Shown here piece by piece: positions 29,834-40,098 of a DNA stretch of 64,000 nt. The notes below the pieces were generated by a model that saw only the letters and a list, made by a program, of their open reading frames with translations, searched no databases and was not told the origin of the DNA. A program made the position numbers and the translations under genes. Position 1 is the stretch's first letter; every line of letters begins with the position of its first letter. The DNA lies in the sequence record SRR31156797_1217; one strand, written 5' to 3'.

Positions 29834-30568
29834 GTGAGCGACGTACTGCCAAAAAATTTTAACAGTATTAACCCAGAACAAGACTTCTGCTTTGACTGTC
29901 ACCCTGATGTTCCCTGCTTTACCGAGTGCTGCAGGGAGCTTGACCTAGCCTTAACACCCTATGACGTCCTAAGGCTTAAGAATCAATTAAAACTCCACTC
30001 CGGGGCTTTCCTGGAGCAGTATGTGATTGTCGAATGGGATGAACAGCAGCTCTTTCCAATTTGCTACCTCACAATGGTTGATGATGGAAGGGCAAGCTGC
30101 GTGTTTGTCGATAAGAATGGATGCAAGGTTTATAACAATCGACCAGGAAGCTGTCGTGCCTACCCTGTTGGCAGAGGTACAGCACGAAAAGCCGATGGTA
30201 CAGTTGAGGAATCCTTTGTCTTGGTTAAAGAGGATCACTGCAAAGGTTTCGCCGAATCAAAAAAGCAGGATGTAAACACCTATTTCAGCGACCAAGAGCT
30301 AGAGACCTACAACCATTTCAACGATAAACTGCTGGAACTGTATCAGCATGATAAGATTCGAGCAGGGTTCAGGCCCACCAGGGAACAACTCGACCAATAC
30401 ATGCTCGCTCTTTACAACTTGGATAGCTTTAGTCAGGAAATGGCAAATGACAGAATTTCCATGAAACGTCCGTTGACACCAATGGAACTCCAAGGTCTTG
30501 CAGGCGATGACGAAAAGCTGCTGTTACTTGCTATCTCCTGGCTGAAACAGGAATTTTTCGGGGAATAA
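29834..30568 (+). CDS. YkgJ family cysteine-cluster protein
   Basis: C..CFTECC, LTPYD, CVF...GCKVY..RP..CRAYP, HCKG. Confidence 0.88.
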   Translation: MSDVLPKNFNSINPEQDFCFDCHPDVPCFTECCRELDLALTPYDVLRLKNQLKLHSGAFLEQYVIVEWDEQQLFPICYLTMVDDGRASCVFVDKNGCKVYNNRPGSCRAYPVGRGTARKADGTVEESFVLVKEDHCKGFAESKKQDVNTYFSDQELETYNHFNDKLLELYQHDKIRAGFRPTREQLDQYMLALYNLDSFSQEMANDRISMKRPLTPMELQGLAGDDEKLLLLAISWLKQEFFGE

Positions 30569-30653
30569 AAATCTGAAGACGTGTGTACACCCATTAAGGG
30601 ATCCCGGTAAGCCTTGTTTTACAAAAATCCGTGCAATCAGTGGCCGCTATTGT

Positions 30654-31265
30654 TTGCTTGAAGGCGGATCCCACGGTCCCGACCATAGCGAACGCGTGTT
30701 TCAAATGGCGATCGCAATCGGCAAAAAGATGCAGGCAAATTTGCCCATTCTTGGGACCGCTGCACTGCTGCATGATATTGGCCGAAAGGCAGAAACAGAA
30801 AGCAAAGGTACCATTTGTCACGCTGAACACAGCGCCGAACTCGCCCGTCTCGAATTATCACTGCTCGGATACGGCGAGGATGATATAAACCATATTTGTC
30901 ACTGCATCAGAAGCCACCGGTTCCGCAAGGGTATAACCCCCCAATCAATAGAAGCAAAAATCCTTTTTGACGCTGACAAGCTTGATTCAATTGGCGCAAT
31001 TGGCATTGGACGAGCGTTTTTGTTTGCTGGGCAAATAGGTGCACAGCTTCACAACCCCGAAAAGGACCCTGAGGATACCGAAGCATACTCCATTGAAGAC
31101 ACTGCCTACCGCGAATTTCAGGTAAAGATGTCAAAGGTCAAAGACCAGATGCTGACTCCAATTGGCAGACACATTGCCAAACGGCGACATAGTTTCATGG
31201 AAAGTTTTTTTGATGAACTTCACTGCGAAATATACGGTACTGAAGATAGTACCCAAGAAATCTAA
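30654..31265 (+). CDS. HD-domain phosphohydrolase
   Basis: HGPDHSERV, LLHDIGR, HRFR, DADKLDSIGAIG; start uncertain, frame is open further upstream. Confidence 0.88.
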   Translation: MLEGGSHGPDHSERVFQMAIAIGKKMQANLPILGTAALLHDIGRKAETESKGTICHAEHSAELARLELSLLGYGEDDINHICHCIRSHRFRKGITPQSIEAKILFDADKLDSIGAIGIGRAFLFAGQIGAQLHNPEKDPEDTEAYSIEDTAYREFQVKMSKVKDQMLTPIGRHIAKRRHSFMESFFDELHCEIYGTEDSTQEI

Positions 31266-31276
31266 GGAAAAAGTAC

Positions 31277-31918
31277 ATGCTTAAGCTGGTGGTTTTTGAC
31301 TGTGACGGTGTCATGTTCAGCTCCCTGGAGACAAACAGGATTTATTACAATCACCTGTTAGAGGCCTTTCAATGCCCGCAGATGACCCCGTCGGAACTTG
31401 AATATGTCCATATCCACAATGTCACTAACTCCATGAAGCACATTTTCCGTAACCATACTCACATTGATATTGAGAAAGTTACATCTTATTGTCAGGGCCT
31501 GGATTACAGACCATTTCTTGAGCACATGATAATGGAGCCGGACCTTCTCGACTTTCTAAAACAGATCAAACCAGTCTATCACACTGCTATATCGACCAAC
31601 AGAACGAATACAATGGATATGGTACTTGATACATTTCAGCTTCGCTCCTGGTTTGACATGGTGGTCACCGCCAGTGATGTTGATCGACCTAAACCTGCGC
31701 CCGATGGTTTATTGATGATCCTTGATCGTTTTCAAGTCCAGCCGGACGAAGTAATTTATATTGGAGATTCAACGGTCGACAGGGATCATTGTGCCAGTGT
31801 CGGCATTGATCTAATTGCCTTTAAAAATAACAATCTCGAAGCAAAATACCACGTTGAAAACTTCACAGCTATTGCCAGCCTTCCACCTTTTCATGATGCT
31901 GACAAAAAGCACGACTAG
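31277..31918 (+). CDS. HAD family hydrolase
   Basis: FDCDGV, STNR, KPAPD, YIGDS..D. Confidence 0.9.
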   Translation: MLKLVVFDCDGVMFSSLETNRIYYNHLLEAFQCPQMTPSELEYVHIHNVTNSMKHIFRNHTHIDIEKVTSYCQGLDYRPFLEHMIMEPDLLDFLKQIKPVYHTAISTNRTNTMDMVLDTFQLRSWFDMVVTASDVDRPKPAPDGLLMILDRFQVQPDEVIYIGDSTVDRDHCASVGIDLIAFKNNNLEAKYHVENFTAIASLPPFHDADKKHD

Positions 31919-32535
31919 TCATCTTCATCCATTCGCTTCAACCCTTCCATCAAGATCATCATAAAATCACCAATCTCCCGCGCCTGCATTAAAGATTCAG
32001 GTAACCCGGGAACAAAATGAAAGTGCCCTTCTTTTTCAGAAAGAATAGCGTATACAGCCTCATGGTTGTCAAGATCTTCGAAACGAGCCGCCAAGAGGCC
32101 GCCTTCACGAAAAGTTACCCTTGCCGCTTTACCTGCCAAGTCCATGACCAAGCGACCAGTCTTCTGGTGCATATGAAAAACTTGAAGGAGCTCTGCAGGT
32201 AAAATTGCTTCAATTTTACCACTCATGACCGCCTGGGGATCATATTTGTGTTCAGCAGAATCATTGACAAGAGGCACCTCTGCCAATTGGAATTTAATGA
32301 GTCCGGTGCAACCGCCGCAAGTAAAAGTTTCATCTTTGTAATCTGCAAATTCCGTAGCCGCATAAGGTAGCAGTTGAACAAGCAGGCCTGTCAACTCGCG
32401 AATGAGGATAAGGCAAGACGGTTTCCGAGGAACGAATTCCACCGATTGATGGGTGAGAACAAACCCGTTATCATGGTTGTATAAAGGACAATTGCGCGCC
32501 TCAACAACTCTAAATTGTGCACAGAAATCAGACAT
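31915..32535 (-). CDS. DUF4388 domain protein with N-terminal Cys-rich domain
   Basis: C-terminal MSGKIE...ELLQ...QKTGRL...F.EG...EGHFHF...MEGLKRMDE; N-terminal CPLY..C..CGGC. Confidence 0.8.
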   Translation of the reverse strand: MSDFCAQFRVVEARNCPLYNHDNGFVLTHQSVEFVPRKPSCLILIRELTGLLVQLLPYAATEFADYKDETFTCGGCTGLIKFQLAEVPLVNDSAEHKYDPQAVMSGKIEAILPAELLQVFHMHQKTGRLVMDLAGKAARVTFREGGLLAARFEDLDNHEAVYAILSEKEGHFHFVPGLPESLMQAREIGDFMMILMEGLKRMDEDD

Positions 32536-32772
32536 ATTTTTTTTAAGCTAATAGTAGGTTCACTCCCTATTGTACACAGATTACAAATTCGCTCAAATAA
32601 AAGTTACCAGTTATACATATCCCTCCTCTCCCTTTTTAGTACTTTACACCCAATGTGGCTTGTTTCGTTGACTTAAATAATATAGTATACGAGATAGTGT
32701 AGGGTATGGCCCTAATTAGGCTACGGGAGTGTTTAACTCTTTCTCTCAACTTAATAATTAGCAGGTTATTTC

Positions 32773-35169
32773 ATGGCTACGGGCTCTCAACAGCTTGTCG
32801 ACGATTTCGAACAACTTCAAAGTTCTCTTGAACTTTACCCAAAGGTCAACATTGTCAAAGCTGATGGACAGCCACCTGATAATTACGAGATTGCATTCAC
32901 GCTCCGCGGCTATGTAAAAGAAGCTGATGGCACAATCTCAATAGGTAACAACCATTGCGTTCAAATAAGTCTTCCATTTGGGTACCCTCACTTTGCCCCC
33001 ACGGTAAAGCCCCTCACTCATATTTTCCATCCCGATGTGGATCCGGCCGCTGTCCGAATTGCTGATCGTTGGCAGCAGAATCCTTCCTTGGCCGATCTCG
33101 TCCTCTACATTGGAGAGATGATTTGCGGGCATACTTACAGTCTCAACGACCCTTTTAACCAAGAGGCAGCAGATTGGTACAGAGAGCACCAAGGCAATCT
33201 CCCGCTTGATTCGCTTAGTATTGCCACCATTGAAGAATCATCTCAGGACATTGACAGCCTGGTTGATGACACCTTTGCTTCGCTTGGCCTGGAAACAGAC
33301 GATTTTCTTGAGCCTGTGAAAGAATTTGGAGCTGCTGATGTAGAGCATATAGAGATGCTCATTGAGCAAAAGCAGCTTTTCGCTGCCAATAAATCGTTAG
33401 TAGAAATAAGCGATCAATTCCCAGATCGCGCAGTTATCGAAGAGAACATCAACAAAGGCCTCAAAAAAGCTGAACAACTTTTCACATTAGCTGAACAACT
33501 TGAAGATCTCGGCAAATTCGATGAAGCTATCGAAGTGATTGATAACCTTTTTGATATTTGCGTTGATATGCCGGGAAGTGAAGCCCTACGCTCCCGACTG
33601 CGGCAAGAATTTTCTTTAACCCTCCGGTCTGCTGAAAATAATATTGAAGAGCAGGTCGATGTCAGTCTGGTTGCAGCCAAGAAGGACAAGCCTGCCAAAA
33701 GCTCCCCATCCAAGAAAAGGGGAAACCAAATATCCTCCCCATCAAGAGTTAAGTTTAAGTTCAGGATTCCACTTCAGATTATCCTCTCAGCTACCGTACT
33801 GTTAGCCATTTGCATAGGTGCAATCAGCTTCTATTTTAAAGACCAGAATATCTTGAGCCGCTCTCAAGCAAACATTTTAAAAAGCCAACTCCTCATAAAC
33901 AAGAACCAATTTGAAGCCGCCCAGGAGACGCTTTATCAAGCCAAAAAATCGTTGTCAGGACTTACAGTACTTCGTTTTAAAAAGGGTGGAATGGATAAGG
34001 AAATAGAATCACTTCTCACCTCGAAAGAACTTCACGAGGGGTTAAAGGGGCACGTTCTTTATCAAGGTAAATATATCCCATCAGCCTCAGCCCAGTCGCT
34101 CAGAGAACTAGCAACATTGACAGAGCAGGCCAAATCTCTGGTCGATCAAAATAACCCTACCGACGCGCTTACGCTTTACCGGCAGGCTTTTTTCTATGCC
34201 CAGCAACATAAACTCAGTGACAAGGTTGTTGAGCTGGAAATGATAATTAAATCGCTAGAGCTCCAGCAAACTCTCACCCTTGCAGAGCAGGCTGAACTTG
34301 GGAAAAACTGGCAAGGTGCCGCAGAAACCTACCGTAAAGCACTTGAACTCTCCAGCAGCCTCTCAGACCCTAAGACTGCAACGGCCATCACCTCCCGGCT
34401 CACTGCGGCAACTTTTCGCCATGAGCTGAACCTGTCCAAGAAAACATTTACCCAGGAACAATGGCAAGAAACCATTGTAAAACTTGAACACGCTCAGCGT
34501 CTAATAGACTCTAATCCAGATATTGTTTCGGTGAAGGAGCGAAGAGATCTGCACCGATTACTTGTTAATGCAAGACTTTACGGCATCCTCTCGTCCGCGA
34601 GGGAGGCCTACAATCAAAAAAACTGGGCGAACGCTATAAATGAATATCGCAAGGCGGTAGGCCTGCTTGAAGAGGAACGAGATAATTTTGAAGGGCACTT
34701 GGATGAGTCTATTCGTAAAATCAATAAAACTGTATTGATGGTTCAAGTAGCGATGATCCAGGAAAAAGTACTGCTTGCAGAAAATCAAAGCAATCTTGAC
34801 GAGGCCCTGCATCACTCTAAGGCTATTTTGCGCCGTATTAAAAAGAGCCCTTTTAAAAATGATCCTTCAGTAGTGGATGTGCAGCGAAGAATTACCCAAC
34901 AAATCACAGCTAAAGAAGAACAAATTGCACATAATAAAAAGATTGTGTGGCTTGAAGAACACTTCGAAGAAATTTTCAGATCCAATTACCCCACCTTTAG
35001 AGGCTCACAGCTTCACTCACCCAACGCCGCATTACTGAGGAAGGTAGGTAATAAATCCATTTTCATAATCACCTGTACAGAAAAAAGTCAAGGTGCCTCC
35101 TCCCGACTGGAACTCAACTATGTATATGATGGAGAAAGTGGTACGTGGTCGGTCTACTCTGGAGAATAA
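32773..35169 (+). CDS. UBC/E2-fold domain (apparently inactive) + TM helix + TPR-like repeats
   Basis: PPDNYEI, LPFGYPHFAP..KPLTHIFHPDV, W.....LADLV, PFNQEAADWY; hydrophobic aa ~332-355; helical repeats. Confidence 0.8.
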   Translation: MATGSQQLVDDFEQLQSSLELYPKVNIVKADGQPPDNYEIAFTLRGYVKEADGTISIGNNHCVQISLPFGYPHFAPTVKPLTHIFHPDVDPAAVRIADRWQQNPSLADLVLYIGEMICGHTYSLNDPFNQEAADWYREHQGNLPLDSLSIATIEESSQDIDSLVDDTFASLGLETDDFLEPVKEFGAADVEHIEMLIEQKQLFAANKSLVEISDQFPDRAVIEENINKGLKKAEQLFTLAEQLEDLGKFDEAIEVIDNLFDICVDMPGSEALRSRLRQEFSLTLRSAENNIEEQVDVSLVAAKKDKPAKSSPSKKRGNQISSPSRVKFKFRIPLQIILSATVLLAICIGAISFYFKDQNILSRSQANILKSQLLINKNQFEAAQETLYQAKKSLSGLTVLRFKKGGMDKEIESLLTSKELHEGLKGHVLYQGKYIPSASAQSLRELATLTEQAKSLVDQNNPTDALTLYRQAFFYAQQHKLSDKVVELEMIIKSLELQQTLTLAEQAELGKNWQGAAETYRKALELSSSLSDPKTATAITSRLTAATFRHELNLSKKTFTQEQWQETIVKLEHAQRLIDSNPDIVSVKERRDLHRLLVNARLYGILSSAREAYNQKNWANAINEYRKAVGLLEEERDNFEGHLDESIRKINKTVLMVQVAMIQEKVLLAENQSNLDEALHHSKAILRRIKKSPFKNDPSVVDVQRRITQQITAKEEQIAHNKKIVWLEEHFEEIFRSNYPTFRGSQLHSPNAALLRKVGNKSIFIITCTEKSQGASSRLELNYVYDGESGTWSVYSGE

Positions 35170-35203
35170 AGTAAAATAGTTGGATATGCACCATGCAGGC
35201 TAC

Positions 35204-36178
35204 TTAGATCAAAAATCTAAATTCGCCTTTACCAAGTAAATCATGGAGATGAAGAATTCCTTCGAGGGTACCGTCAGCGCCAACTACTGCTAATACAGTT
35301 ATCTCTCTACTTTGCATAAGACTAAGGGCATCGGCAGCCATAGTATCTCCGCTTATAGTGACAGGACTGGTCGTCATGATATCTTCGACAACCACTGCTC
35401 CCGGTACCTTCCCGCCAGTTAACAATCTCCTGATATCGCCATCGGTAACAATGCCAACCAAACGGCCATTTCCGCTTTGAACCATCACTGCACCAATATT
35501 CTTACAATCTATCTCCGAGATCGCGTCCTGAAGGCTGACCCCTTCTTTAACTACCGGTACCTGTTCTCCAGAAAGCATCACCTCCTTAACAGCCACTTTG
35601 AGTCGTTCCCCTAGACTCCCTCCAGGATGATTCCGTCGAAAATCTTCTTCCCGAAACTGATTCTTCTTCAGCAAAGTAACAGCAAGGGCATCGCCAAGTG
35701 CAAGTGTAGCTGTGGTTGATGAGGTAGGTGCCAAACCGAGCGGGCAAGCCTCTCTGGGCACACAAATATCCAATGTAATTGCAGCATATTTAGACAGAGT
35801 TGAATCTAAATTACCTGTCATGGCAATTATACACACATTACGCTCCCGTAGGCTGCCTAGCAATGCGTTAAGTTCAGTCGTTTCACCAGAGTAGGAAATA
35901 GCAAGCACTACGTCTGTAGCCGTCACCATACCTAAATCACCATGCATTGCCTCCACAGGATGTAAAAAGAAAGAGGACGTACCAGTTGAGTTTAGGGTAG
36001 CGGATATTTTTTGTCCGATTACACCAGACTTGCCGATTCCAGTAACAACCAGCCTACTCGGACATGCTGCTACTATTTCAACAGCCTTTTCAAAGGACGC
36101 ATCAAGCCTGTCTCTTACAGCACTAATCCCTTCACATTCAATGGCGAGGACTTCTTTGGCCTGTTCTACAATATTCAC
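35204..36178 (-). CDS. kdsD: Arabinose-5-phosphate isomerase (KpsF/GutQ)
   Basis: TGIGKSG, HPVEAMHGDLG, EACPLGLAPTSST, HPGGSLG, CBS pair. Confidence 0.95.
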   Translation of the reverse strand: MNIVEQAKEVLAIECEGISAVRDRLDASFEKAVEIVAACPSRLVVTGIGKSGVIGQKISATLNSTGTSSFFLHPVEAMHGDLGMVTATDVVLAISYSGETTELNALLGSLRERNVCIIAMTGNLDSTLSKYAAITLDICVPREACPLGLAPTSSTTATLALGDALAVTLLKKNQFREEDFRRNHPGGSLGERLKVAVKEVMLSGEQVPVVKEGVSLQDAISEIDCKNIGAVMVQSGNGRLVGIVTDGDIRRLLTGGKVPGAVVVEDIMTTSPVTISGDTMAADALSLMQSREITVLAVVGADGTLEGILHLHDLLGKGEFRFLI

Positions 36179-36259
36179 ACTACCTCCTGCTTAATAACAC
36201 TTAATCGTCCATTACAAATAACGACAGAAATCTACATCTGTCCCTGAAACTTCAACAGC

Positions 36260-36988
36260 CTACAGAGGCTTTAGCTGCCCACCAACGACCTGGTGAAAAC
36301 GGCCCTGATTGTCTCTCACCTTATAGCAACCGGTTTCTGCTATTCCGTCACCGGTTCCACGCAAAACCTTACGATCTGCAATATACTCTACTGGGCGCTG
36401 GTAAAGATAATCATAGCATTGCCAATGATCGAGGATATTTTTCGGATCTGAAGACAACTCGTTAATATTATCTAAAATTTGGACAGTGAGTTTATTAAGC
36501 AGTTCTTCTAAATCATATTGTAACTGAGTGTGTTCACGGACCGTTGTCACTATCGATCTTAGCTCAGCAGGGTAATCATCAAGGGTGGTATTAATGTTAA
36601 GGCCGACACCAATTATTACATATGGTGAATGATTGTTATCAACAATTTCTGATTCGCAAAGAATTCCACCAAGCTTTTTATCAGCAACGTAGATATCATT
36701 GGGCCATTTGAGTGCTATCTGCAAGCCAGTTTCAGCCATCAAGCAGCTGGCACAAGCCACGCCGGTCGCCAATGTTATGAGAGGAATATATTTGGTTTGC
36801 AATAAAGGTTGAAAAAGAATTGTGAAATAGATCCCCCCTCTTGGCGAACTAAAGACCCTTCCATATTGGCCTTTTCCCCCTGATTGCTGTTGAGCAAGGA
36901 TTAGTAATGGCTCTTCGGGTGCTGAACTGATCAGCTGTTTTGCATAGCTATTGGTAGATGCGATATCATCGACGTGAAAAATCTTCAT
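36260..36988 (-). CDS. birA: Biotin-[acetyl-CoA carboxylase] ligase (no HTH)
   Basis: STN, QSGGKGQ.GR, KWPNDI, KLGGILCE, GVGLN. Confidence 0.92.
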   Translation of the reverse strand: MKIFHVDDIASTNSYAKQLISSAPEEPLLILAQQQSGGKGQYGRVFSSPRGGIYFTILFQPLLQTKYIPLITLATGVACASCLMAETGLQIALKWPNDIYVADKKLGGILCESEIVDNNHSPYVIIGVGLNINTTLDDYPAELRSIVTTVREHTQLQYDLEELLNKLTVQILDNINELSSDPKNILDHWQCYDYLYQRPVEYIADRKVLRGTGDGIAETGCYKVRDNQGRFHQVVGGQLKPL

Positions 36989-37021
36989 TCGAATAAAATA
37001 TGGTAATCAAATCTGATTATC

Positions 37022-37058
37022 AAAAAAAAAAGCAGAGCCTTGAAGGCTCCGCTTTTTT
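37022..37058 (-). terminator. Terminator downstream of dsrD
   Basis: A-run, gcagagcc-ttgaa-ggctccgc, T-run. Confidence 0.75.
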
Positions 37059-37082
37059 CACTGACAGCTGGAAAGAGGAAGG

Positions 37083-37328
37083 TTAATTGATACCTTCTTC
37101 CCCCTCTTCATTTTTAATACGGTCTGGACGAGCGTACATGGTGGTTGATCCTGAAGACCAGAACATCAACTCACCTTTTTTTACCAAATCATTAGCAACA
37201 TTCTTGATTTGCCGAGGTTTCGAATCAGGATCACATTTATAGAAATCCTTGATATATAACTGTGGCTTAGGCGATTTGGTTGCCTTTTCAATAATTGCAG
37301 CTTCCAGTTCTTCTAAACTGAGTGCCAT
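37083..37328 (-). CDS. dsrD: Dissimilatory sulfite reductase protein D
   Basis: K.QLYIKDF, LVKKGELMFWSSGSTTMY; follows dsrB. Confidence 0.95.
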   Translation of the reverse strand: MALSLEELEAAIIEKATKSPKPQLYIKDFYKCDPDSKPRQIKNVANDLVKKGELMFWSSGSTTMYARPDRIKNEEGEEGIN

Positions 37329-37357
37329 GATAGACTCCTTACCTAAATAAAAAGGTC

Positions 37358-37394
37358 AAAAAAAACGATCGGCTCTGAATTTCAGAGCCGATCG
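37358..37394 (-). terminator. Intrinsic terminator between dsrB and dsrD
   Basis: cgatcggctctgaa-t-ttcagagccgatcg (14-bp inverted repeat) followed by an 8-U tract on the minus strand. Confidence 0.75.
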
Positions 37395-37402
37395 CGTAAG
37401 CT

Positions 37403-38542
37403 TTACTTGGTGTACGCAGCGGTATGGCTGGTGTACTTGAACTGAGTGGTTGTTCTCCAAGTATCGTATGCCAACCGATAATCATCTACAGATTTATCGG
37501 TGAATGGAATACCTGTTTTCTCAAAGAATTTTTCCCAACCAATTCTTTCAGCCCACTCACCAACACGTTCGTATTTCTTGGCATCTTTTGCGTATGCTTC
37601 AAGAATGTCACGAACGACCTTAACGGTTTCAGGCCAGCGAGGAGTTGTGTTCGGCAGGAATGGTACAACCAGCTTGGAGAATTTCGGTGCGGATTTTGCG
37701 TTGGAAACCTTACCACCAACAAGAATCGCGATACCGTCACCTTCCGGATCAGCAAGAGGCATTGCAGGACACATGGTGTAACAGTTACCACAGAACATAC
37801 AACGTTCGTTGTTAACCTTAACTGTTTTAATCTCTTCGCCGTTTACTTCTGCTTTAGCAGGCTTAACAGCTCCAAGGGGACAAGAAGCGATAGCCAGTGG
37901 AATTTCACATACACCGGAGATGCGCTCATGATCGATCATTGGTGGCGTACGGTGGATACCGAGAATAGCGATATCAGAAGCATGTACAGCACCACACATG
38001 TTCAGACAACATGCCAACGCGATACGTACCTGCGCTGGAAGAGTCATGGAACCAAAGTACTCAAACAGATCATCCATAACGGCCTTAACAGGACCGGATG
38101 CATCGGTTGCAGGTGTATGACAGTGAATCCAACCCTGGGTATGAACGATGTTGGTTACACAAGCACCGGTACCACCGATTGGAAACTTGTTGCCATAGCT
38201 GGCAATGGTTTCCTTCAGAGCTGCAACCTTATCTTCAGAGTCAACCATGAACTCCACATTGTTACGAGTGGTGAAGCGACAAAAACCGTCACAATGCTTA
38301 TCAGCGATATCACAGATGTCGCGAACATAGTTTACAGTCACCAAACGTGGGCTACCACAACGTACTGTAAATACTTTGTCACCAGTTTCACTTACGTGAA
38401 CCAGCACACCAGGCTCTAAAATCTCGTGATAAAGCCACTTGCCCTTATTGTTCTTAATTACCGGAGCTAGCATATCTCCGTAGTATTTCGGTCCTAAGTC
38501 GGTAATGCGACCTTCCATAGGATTATTCGGATCGTAACCCAT
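37403..38542 (-). CDS. dsrB: Dissimilatory sulfite reductase beta subunit
   Basis: [49 protein letters not shown]. Confidence 0.99.
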   Translation of the reverse strand: MGYDPNNPMEGRITDLGPKYYGDMLAPVIKNNKGKWLYHEILEPGVLVHVSETGDKVFTVRCGSPRLVTVNYVRDICDIADKHCDGFCRFTTRNNVEFMVDSEDKVAALKETIASYGNKFPIGGTGACVTNIVHTQGWIHCHTPATDASGPVKAVMDDLFEYFGSMTLPAQVRIALACCLNMCGAVHASDIAILGIHRTPPMIDHERISGVCEIPLAIASCPLGAVKPAKAEVNGEEIKTVKVNNERCMFCGNCYTMCPAMPLADPEGDGIAILVGGKVSNAKSAPKFSKLVVPFLPNTTPRWPETVKVVRDILEAYAKDAKKYERVGEWAERIGWEKFFEKTGIPFTDKSVDDYRLAYDTWRTTTQFKYTSHTAAYTK

Positions 38543-38600
38543 TGTATTGTCTCCTTATTATATACGTCTCAATTCGGTTATAGGCTCAGTTGGGACTCAA

Positions 38601-39887
38601 TTACATAGCGTGACGCTTTCTGAATTCTTTAATGTCACGATCCCAACCGCCTGGTACTTCTTCTTCCTTCCAGAAGACATACGGATTGGAACGAGGCTCT
38701 TTCACGTGCTGCGGCAGAGGCTCTATTTCCATAACGCTGAGGAATGTAGGCAGACCGACACGCTGCATGGTTTCACCAACACGCTCACGGTTTTTACCAA
38801 CTTCCATCCACCAGTCCCATACCTTTTCGATAACATCAATGATGTCTTCGAAATCATTTTCCTTATTGATTTCGATAAATGGGATAACCAAAGTGGAGAA
38901 CTGTGCACCATCAAGAATCGGAGCTTTTGCACCGATGAGAATGGATGCACCTTGCTCTGCACCCGGGCGCAGTGCACGAGGCATAACATTGATGCAATGC
39001 ATACAACGGGTACACTCAGCATCATCAATCTTCAGCTCATCGCCTTCCATCCACATACAATCGGTTGGACACAGATCGATAACTTCTTTTTGAATGTCAA
39101 AAGCACCCCAGTCGCCGCCTTTATGGGCCCCACCGTTTGATGGAAATCCTTCAGCACCTGCAACATAATTCTTAACAGCATCCTGATCAATGCGGATGTT
39201 GTCTTTCCAGGTTCCAACAACGGAGAAGTCAGAACGGGCAACAGCTGCAACACAGTCGTTTGCACACGCGGAAAACTTAAACTTAAATTTGTAAGGAAAT
39301 GCAGGACGGTGAATCTCATCCTGATAATGCTGGGTCAGGTGGTTACAAAGTTCCTGAGCATCATAACAAGCCCACTCACAGCGAGACTCACCAAGACAGC
39401 ATGCAGGAGTACGCAGGTTAGATCCGGAACCACCAAGATCCTGTCCAAGATCATGTGTCAGGTCCCAGAACAGTGGCTCAAGATTTTCGGTACGGGTACC
39501 AAGGAAAACCATGTCACCAGTGGAGCCGTGCATGTTGGTCACACCAGAACCATATTTTTCCCACAGGTCCATCAAAGCACGAAGGTTTTCTGTGGTGTAG
39601 TAGAGGCCAGATGGCTGAGCAATACGAACGGTGTGAAAATGTTCAACACCAGGAAACTGTGCAGGAACGTCGGAGTAACGTCCAACGATACCACCGCCGT
39701 ACCCGAAAACACCTACGATTCCACCGTGTTTCCAGTGAGTAATCCTGTCTTTGTATGAAAGCTCAAGCTGACCAAGAATGTCCCAGACTTCTGGCTTTGT
39801 TTCAGCCTGCTGCTTGAGGTCGGTGACGAAACTCGGCCATGGACCAGTTTCCAGTTCGTCCAGTAGAGGCGTTTCATGCTTTGCCAT
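38601..39887 (-). CDS. dsrA: Dissimilatory sulfite reductase alpha subunit
   Basis: GPWPSFV, THWKHGG, HGSTGD, FPYKFKFKFSACANDC, CTRCMHCIN. Confidence 0.99.
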   Translation of the reverse strand: MAKHETPLLDELETGPWPSFVTDLKQQAETKPEVWDILGQLELSYKDRITHWKHGGIVGVFGYGGGIVGRYSDVPAQFPGVEHFHTVRIAQPSGLYYTTENLRALMDLWEKYGSGVTNMHGSTGDMVFLGTRTENLEPLFWDLTHDLGQDLGGSGSNLRTPACCLGESRCEWACYDAQELCNHLTQHYQDEIHRPAFPYKFKFKFSACANDCVAAVARSDFSVVGTWKDNIRIDQDAVKNYVAGAEGFPSNGGAHKGGDWGAFDIQKEVIDLCPTDCMWMEGDELKIDDAECTRCMHCINVMPRALRPGAEQGASILIGAKAPILDGAQFSTLVIPFIEINKENDFEDIIDVIEKVWDWWMEVGKNRERVGETMQRVGLPTFLSVMEIEPLPQHVKEPRSNPYVFWKEEEVPGGWDRDIKEFRKRHAM

Positions 39888-40013
39888 CAGTGTTCCTCCT
39901 AGAATTGTGTGGTTATATTACAACCGGTAAAAAGTAATAAACTGATCAACAGTTCAGTGTTGATACGGGATAAGAGCGGACAATACAGCATTGAATGCTC
40001 ATTCATCTGAGCG

Positions 40014-40042
40014 ACAATAAACGGACGACAGATCTTTGTCAA
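40014..40042 (-). promoter_or_regulatory. Sigma-70 promoter of dsrAB
   Basis: Minus strand TTGACA-N17-TATTGT about 125 nt upstream of dsrA. Confidence 0.6.
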
Positions 40043-40098
40043 CAAAAAACCTAACCCGCTGTAGCACCATTAAAATAACGACAATTATTACCAAGTGC

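Noticed and set aside
37424-38419. 331-aa ORF antisense to dsrB, and similar shadows on dsrA, gap, hemL, glgA and uraA
   Set aside because: Antisense shadows of conserved genes with biased codon usage; no recognisable motifs or RBS
39945-39964. ATCAACA-N6-TGTTGAT palindrome upstream of dsrA as an FNR or Rex site
   Set aside because: Half-sites are reversed relative to FNR (TTGAT-N4-ATCAA) and do not match Rex; it lies in the predicted 5'UTR and may be just an RNA hairpin
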